Origin: the human T2T-CHM13v2.0 reference genome, Homo sapiens
Length of the DNA stretch: 64,000 nucleotides
Assembly: GCF_009914755.1 (NCBI RefSeq)
Contig: NC_060927.1
Reading direction: 5' to 3' (one strand)
Part shown: positions 57,410 through 64,000 of the stretch, piece after piece
Layout: each line of letters opens with the position of its first letter
Position numbering within the stretch: position 1 is the first letter of the stretch
Notes under the pieces: generated by a model
Told to the model about the DNA's origin: nothing
The model's input: the letters and a program-made list of their open reading frames with translations, nothing else
Database searches by the model: none
Translations under genes and position numbers: made by a program

Positions 57410-58336
57410 TACCTCCACGTCGCAGGAGTGCAGCCACGGACGCTTTCACAGTGTGCTCAGCCGCTCAGCTGCAGGCATGGGGCCAGCCCTCTAGGCTATA
57501 TACCTCTTGAGGGTGGGGTCTGTGGCTTGTTCAGAGCCTGGCCCTTAGCAGGTCCTGAAGAAGTAACTGTGGAATTCTTTACTAGATAAGCTCAGATGTG
57601 CCAAGATGATAAGACAAAGGCCCCTTCCCAAAAACACTCCCATGACTGAGGCCAAGCCCACATGAATCTCCTAAGTTTATCTTGGGTAATGCCAGGGCCA
57701 GGACACATAGGTGAGTTTCACAATGGGAGCCTGCGTTTCCATTCCATTCCCCTCACAGAGTTGGGGTGGGCTGGGCTTGGCTGTATTCACCAACAGTCCC
57801 TATGGACTTCTCCCAGATGAGGACCCCTCCCAGCTTCTGGAGATTCTGTGGCAGACATAATACAAGCCCATCCAGGAGGCATAAGGCGACATCTCCCGAG
57901 CCCTACGTGCTGGTCTAGGGAGCAACACCCTCTCTGCAAGACATCTTTAGGCTCTCTGGAGTACATGAACACAGGTGAGTCATCCTTTTACAGTCACAGG
58001 CTGAGAGGGTGCAGCCCTGGTGAGATTCTGACTTGTAGCTAATGTGCACTAAAAGCAGCTCTTGGGAATTTCTGAGACCAGCCAGAAATCAATGGTGACA
58101 ATAAAGCATTTACACTTTTGAGCAGAGTTACCTCATCTCAACTTCGATTCCTTGATTCCTTCTGCATGGAATTATGGCCAAATCCCAGTGGTTAGTTCTC
58201 AAAATTAGCAAATTAGTCTATAGGCAACGTTAGCACCACCCAATAGAGAAAGCCTAATCCTTCCTATTCAACCCATGCCCAAATACCAGCTCCGGAGGTG
58301 GCACGGACTAGCAGAGGATGTGGGAGGCACCCTTAC

Positions 58337-59122
58337 TGTTATGGACAGCATGTATGGCCCCCACCCAAATTTACATGTTGATGTCTACATTAGTCTGTTC
58401 TCACACTGCTATAAAGACATACCTGAGATTGGGTTGATTTATGTAGAAAAGAGGTTTAATAGACCCACAGTTCTGCAGACTGTACAGGAAGCATGGCCAG
58501 GAGGCCTCAGAAAACTCACAATCATGGTGGAAGGTGTAGGGGAAGCAAGCACATCTGCACATGGCAGCAGGAGAGAGAGTGAGAGAGAGAGTGAGAACAA
58601 AAGAGAGAGAGCACAAGAAGGGGGAAGCACTACACACTTTTAAACAACTGGATCTCATGAGGACTCATTCACTATCACGAGAAGAGCAAGAGGGAAGTCT
58701 GCCCCCATGATTCAATCACCTCCCACCCAGCCCCTCCTCTAACACATGGGGATTACAATTCAATATGAGATTTGGGTGGGGACACACAGCCAAACCATAT
58801 CAACGTCCTAACCTCCAGTGGGATGGTATTCGGGGGATTTGGGGGAGTTATTAGGTCATGAGGGTGGGGCTCTCATTATGGGATTAGTGCCCTTATGAGA
58901 GACATGAGAGAGCTTGCCTCACCTCTCCCTACCTCTGCTCTCTCCATCATAAGAGGATACAAGACGGCCATCTGCAAACCAGGAAGTAGGCCCTCACCAC
59001 ATACCTGATCTGCCAGCACCTTGATCTTGGACTTCCCAGCCTAAAGAACTGTGAGCAATAAATTCTGTTGTTTATAAGCTACCTAATCTATGGTGTTTAT
59101 TACAGTAGCCTGAACTAAGACA
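58337..59122 (+). mobile_element. MaLR LTR (MLT1A-like) split by a nested MST/THE1 LTR
   Basis: TGTTATGGAC... start, resumes at about 58803 (CCTAACCTCCAGTGGGATGGTATT) and ends ...AGCCTGAACTAAGACA. Confidence 0.8.
58386..58802 (-). mobile_element. MaLR LTR (MSTA/THE1D-like), nested
   Basis: ATTAGTCTGTTCTCACACTGCTATAAAGA...GGAGGCCTCAGAAAACTCACAATCATGGTGGAAGG...GAGATTTGGGTGGGGACACACAGCCAAACCATATCA; 5-bp TSD ATGTC/ACGTC. Confidence 0.85.
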
Positions 59123-61711
59123 CTTGGTAAGATTCATCTATACAGTCAGGGCACTTTTACTCTTTACCTTGAAAGTCCAGTCAAAAGCCAAATTCCAGTG
59201 CAAGAATAGTCCAACACTCCCCTTCCGGCTCTAACAGATGATAGGTCCAGATACACTGTGTTACGTGGCTCTGAAACAATTCCAAATACTTGCATAGTTT
59301 GCTACGTGAGTGTCATATGTTTTTCTATGATAAGAACTTGGAGTGAACTCTCCTTCCCCTTGAGAGAAAATGTTACATCATCAAATCTTATAAGACCCCG
59401 TATATGACCTCAACTACTGGGCTTCAAATTACGTATAAACTCAAGGCTTTGACATTCTAAGACCTCAGGCTATGGCAGGGCTACACTGCCAGCCACCTCT
59501 CTCAGGTGGCAAGTTTATGCCAAAATGAGGCCACACTCTTAACCGCCTCTTCAAAGACCGAGAGCTCAGTGGGGTCACACTCCATTAGCCTTTGAGCAAA
59601 TCTCAGAACCCTTGCCAGCCAGCGCCAGCCAGCCAATGCTCTGGGAATCTAACGTGTTGTCCAGCATCTCCACTGTGTGGGTCATCTCTCCCAATGGCCA
59701 CCTGTGTAAAGGTACCCCTCACACTTTAGTTAGACTTTACTTCCCACAGAGGGCTGCTTCCCGCCTAATTGAGCGACTAGACTCTAGTAATTTTGGAAGC
59801 CACTCACTCCATGGCTAATGCATTCCCTGAGAGAATTGTTCTCATTATTCTGCCCCTTTTTAGGCATTGTGAACCAAAGGAAAACAAAATCTCTTTGTGT
59901 AGCAATAAACCACGTGATTCATGTAATCACAACTTTGATTATCTCCTTATTTCAACCATAGAGAACACGATGCTGACCCCAGCGGTTATTTCTGACCCCA
60001 AATATGTAAGCCCTCCACAGCCTCTCTCCCCTGCCTTGGTTCCCTCCCCAGTCTCTCCTCTTCCGACCCTCCCTGCTCCACCACATCAAGCTTAGGTTTG
60101 CTGGTGTCTCCCGAGGCCTGGGACAGCCCTGGGTCACACTTGTTGTCCTAGTGCCCCCTCCCCAACCTTTGTTATCAAACGTGTTCTAGTTTAAACAATA
60201 TATGAATGGTAACTATTTCTCATGATGTTTATCTTTACTTACTATGGTGGGCAGGCAGATCTAGAAAATGGAGTCTTCGGTGGCAGGGTCTCATTCAGAC
60301 TGCTCACACTTTGGTTCCCCCTCTCCTTCCTTTTCTTCCAATTTTATCCCTCCTTTTGTCCCTGAAGGAACTTACCTTAGCTGGCAAAGACACCAAAATG
60401 TATCCTATGAGAACCGTAAGCCTGCTGTAGGTGTACCACAAATTCAGCTATAAGTTTTCTATTAGTCAACTGAAAAAAGGGGCCACCTAATTAGTTGTAC
60501 AGAAGGAAAAAATAAGTTATCCAGGAGAAATACAACTATTCCTGACTGTAGACCATTTTCAGATGGGCCATCAAAGAGGCCACTTTGTGATGCCATTAGC
60601 AATGCCCTCAATGGCACCGCCGAGCAGGCAGCCGGGGCTGGGGCTGGGGTGCGTATGCACGCTGGGGTCTTCATGCGGCCAGCCCGCCCAGGCTTGCTTG
60701 GGAGGCAGCGCCGAACAGGGAGGATGGTGAAGTGGGAAGCAGTGAGGATATACCTGCCACATCACGCCCAGGCTGCTCCCTTCCCTCCTTCTCTCTCTTC
60801 CCTTTGGATTTCTCTCCCTCCATTCCTCCCTGGCCAGGCCTTCAACCTCCCAAAAGCATCTTCGGGCACCGAGAGGAGTTTAAAGATGCTCTTATACACA
60901 TTCGACCTCTCAGACAATTAAAGTAATTGCACCTCTAAAAATGGTGAGTCTGGGGATCTTTTCATTTTCTTTCAAAATTGCATTTCTGGACAAGAATTAT
61001 GCTTGGCCTTGACATTTAGTTATTAGCTAAATCTGAGGTTAGGTAGAGAAACATTTGACGGAATTTTCAATTACCAATAAAAATCAGCTATTTCAAGTAA
61101 CAGGAGAAAATGTTGGGAAAAAACAAAGTTGGAGTGCCCCTAAACAAAACTCTAGGGGTCAGTTCCCAAGAGCAGCCAACCAAAGCCTTGCGGGGTGCAG
61201 CCCACGGTGGGAGCATTTGGCCAGTTTTTTGCCTCAATGATCCTTTAAACCAGAGGTCTCAACCTGGCCATTCTTGGGCTCAGTCTGGTGCACAGATGTG
61301 GTTTTTTGGCCAGCAGATTGTCTGCTTAATTGTCGATATTTTGAAATCAGAAGCTTTTACGTTAACAACACAGAGTTCCGGCTTCTTTTAAAAAGAAAAC
61401 AAATCAGAACATCTGGTAACACTGGGCCCACATTCACACAAAACAAAACACAGAACCATCAGAAACACTAGCCAGGAGCCAGGGCACAGAAGGGTTTTCA
61501 ATCAACTGCTTTCCTTTCCTCTCTTCTACAATCCATTTTTAAATTGTAAAAACGTGTCTTACTTCCTGGAGGCATTTACCTGAAATTAAACTGCTGCAGG
61601 CTGTACCCTCAGTTTCTGAATCACATATGGGCTCTTCTTGTACCTGTTGCAGTATGTTACATTTACTAGATGATCACCTTTTCTTTTGAGAGCTAACCAA
61701 ATGTTCTCTCA

Positions 61712-61753
61712 TTATATATATATATATATATAGATATATATAGATATAGATAT

Positions 61754-61788
<35 letters not shown>
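61712..61788. repeat. (TA)n/(GATATA)n microsatellite at an Alu tail
   Basis: Direct reading. Confidence 0.9.
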
Positions 61789-61793
<5 letters not shown>

Positions 61794-62093
61794 TTTTTAT
61801 TTTTATTTTTTTTTTGAGATGGACTCTTGCTGTCATCCAGGCTGGAGTGCAAGGGCGAGATCTTGGCTCACTGCAACCTCTGCTTCCAGGTTCAAGCAAT
61901 TCTCCTGCTCAGACTCCCAAGTAGCTGGGATTACAGGCACCCGCCACCACGCCCAGCTGATTTTTGTATTTTTAGTAGAGACGGGGTTTCACTATGTTGG
62001 CCAGGCTGGTCTCAAACTCCTGACCTTAAGTGATCCACCTGCCTGGGCCTCCCAAAGTGCTAGGATTACAGGCATGAGCCACCGTGCCTGGCC
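61789..62093 (-). mobile_element. Alu SINE (AluSx/Sz-like), antisense
   Basis: Poly-T then GAGATGGACTCTTGC...GAGCCACCGTGCCTGGCC. Confidence 0.95.
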
Positions 62094-62124
62094 AACCGCC
62101 CACTCCACTCCATCTCGAGTGTGA

Positions 62125-62575
<451 letters not shown>

Positions 62576-63165
62576 AAACAGTTCCTCCTTTCTGTTTCAG
62601 TTTCCCCTGCACCAAAAGGGCCTCAAGGATTCTACTACTCCTTTTATGCAGAAGTGTGTTTCCTTGATCCTCTGTGTGATGCCTTTAACCTTGGGCAGCA
62701 GCTAAAAGGGTGTGAGATGTGAGTAGAAAAGTGGCCCGCAAGACCAAGGTCACACTCCGTACCCCTCCTAAACCCTGCCAACATCTTGGCAGGAAGGTAC
62801 CGGCAGAAGAAATAGGGGTGCCTTTTCTCTGCTCTGGTTATTCTTTGTAAATAATATGATTCACTCTTATGTCTCTACCTTGCTTAGACGCAATCTTCCA
62901 GGCTCTCTGAAAGCTGAATACCAATGAGCTGCAATTATACATCATCAGGAACATGAAAGTCCTGTTCACTGCTACCCAAGTGAAGAGCTAGAATTATCCT
63001 GCTTTCTTTAGAGTTCCAAGTTCGTGATCCTTGGGCCGGTCAACATAGGATGGTCCTAGCAGCAAAGGAAAGGATTTCCATGCAGAGACTGGGCTTGATT
63101 TTATTGAGAGAAGCAGCGGGCTTGTTTGTGTTTGTTTTTTTAACAGAGCCAAGGAAGATCAAGTG

Positions 63166-63575
63166 GAAGCCACGTGAATGGGCACCTCACTCCACGGTTA
63201 CCAGCATTGATGGGGCCCTGCGAGCATCTCTGTGAAGCCACATGAACGGGCACCTCACTCCACGGTGACTGGCACTGATGGGGCCCTGCGAGCATCTCTG
63301 TGAAGTCACATGAACGGGCACCTCACTCCACGGTGACTGGCACTGATGGGGCCCTGCGAGCATCTCTGTGAAGCCACATGAATGGGCACCTCACTCCACG
63401 GTGACCGGCACTGATGGGGCCCTGCGAGCATCTCTGTGAAGCCACATGAACGGGCACCTCACTCCACGGTGACCGGCATTGATGGGGCCCTGCGAGCATC
63501 TCTGTGAAGTCACATGAACGGGCACCTCACTCCACGGTGACCGGCACTGATGGGGCCCTGCGAGCATCTCTGTGA
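63166..63575. repeat. 68-bp minisatellite, 6 copies
   Basis: Unit GAAGCCACATGAACGGGCACCTCACTCCACGGTGACTGGCACTGATGGGGCCCTGCGAGCATCTCTGT starting at 63166, 63234, 63302, 63370, 63438 and 63506. Confidence 0.95.
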
Positions 63576-64000
63576 CTTCACATTTCTGAAAGTCCATAGA
63601 ATCCACCAGCCTCATAATGAGCGCTCGTCTACAGACGCAAGGACACCGCAGACATCCAGGCAAATCACGACATACTACGCCAATTCTGGCTCAGCTTCCT
63701 CTTTTACAAACAGTGATAGAGCAGTCCCCAAAAGGCAGACGGCTGGGTTCCTGGATCAAAACACTCCTTTGGGCAGCTCCTTGATGCTGGAGTCAATTCT
63801 GCTACCATGAAATAGAAGATCACAGGGGTTCTCTATGATCAACAGTAAGCAGCTCATTTAAAGAAGTCACCTAAGGCAGGAGGAGGAGACAGATGTTCAA
63901 TTCAACCCCAGGCTCAGATTAAAAGTTTGATATTTCTATAAGAGCCAATTCTGCTGCTAACCTGGAAGCAGAGGGATGGGAACTTCAGATCCGTTTCACT

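Overview
Primate (almost certainly human) genomic DNA, repeat-rich and apparently intronic or intergenic. I recognise no host protein-coding exon. The dominant feature is a full-length, young LINE-1 (L1PA2-like, 5325-11379, + strand) with a perfect 16-bp target-site duplication and an intact ORF1. Its ORF2 is dead (one frameshift, one nonsense codon) and its ORF0 is truncated. The window also holds about 13 Alu elements, ERV/MaLR solo LTRs (one nested pair), Tigger3 and MER5A DNA-transposon fossils, old L1M/L2/MIR fragments, a small CpG-rich patch near 24.1-24.4 kb, several VNTRs (27, 28 and 68 bp), a composite CA-spaced repeat and a ~1.9-kb TG-rich array. Nearly all other ORFs in the track are repeat-derived or chance. 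The most unusual unexplained signal is a perfect 39-bp inverted repeat in apparently unique DNA, with arms 3.2 kb apart (54127-54165 and 57371-57409). One arm reads as a splice acceptor, a 15-nt microexon and a donor. Repeat subfamily names come from recall of consensus sequences, not from a RepeatMasker run.
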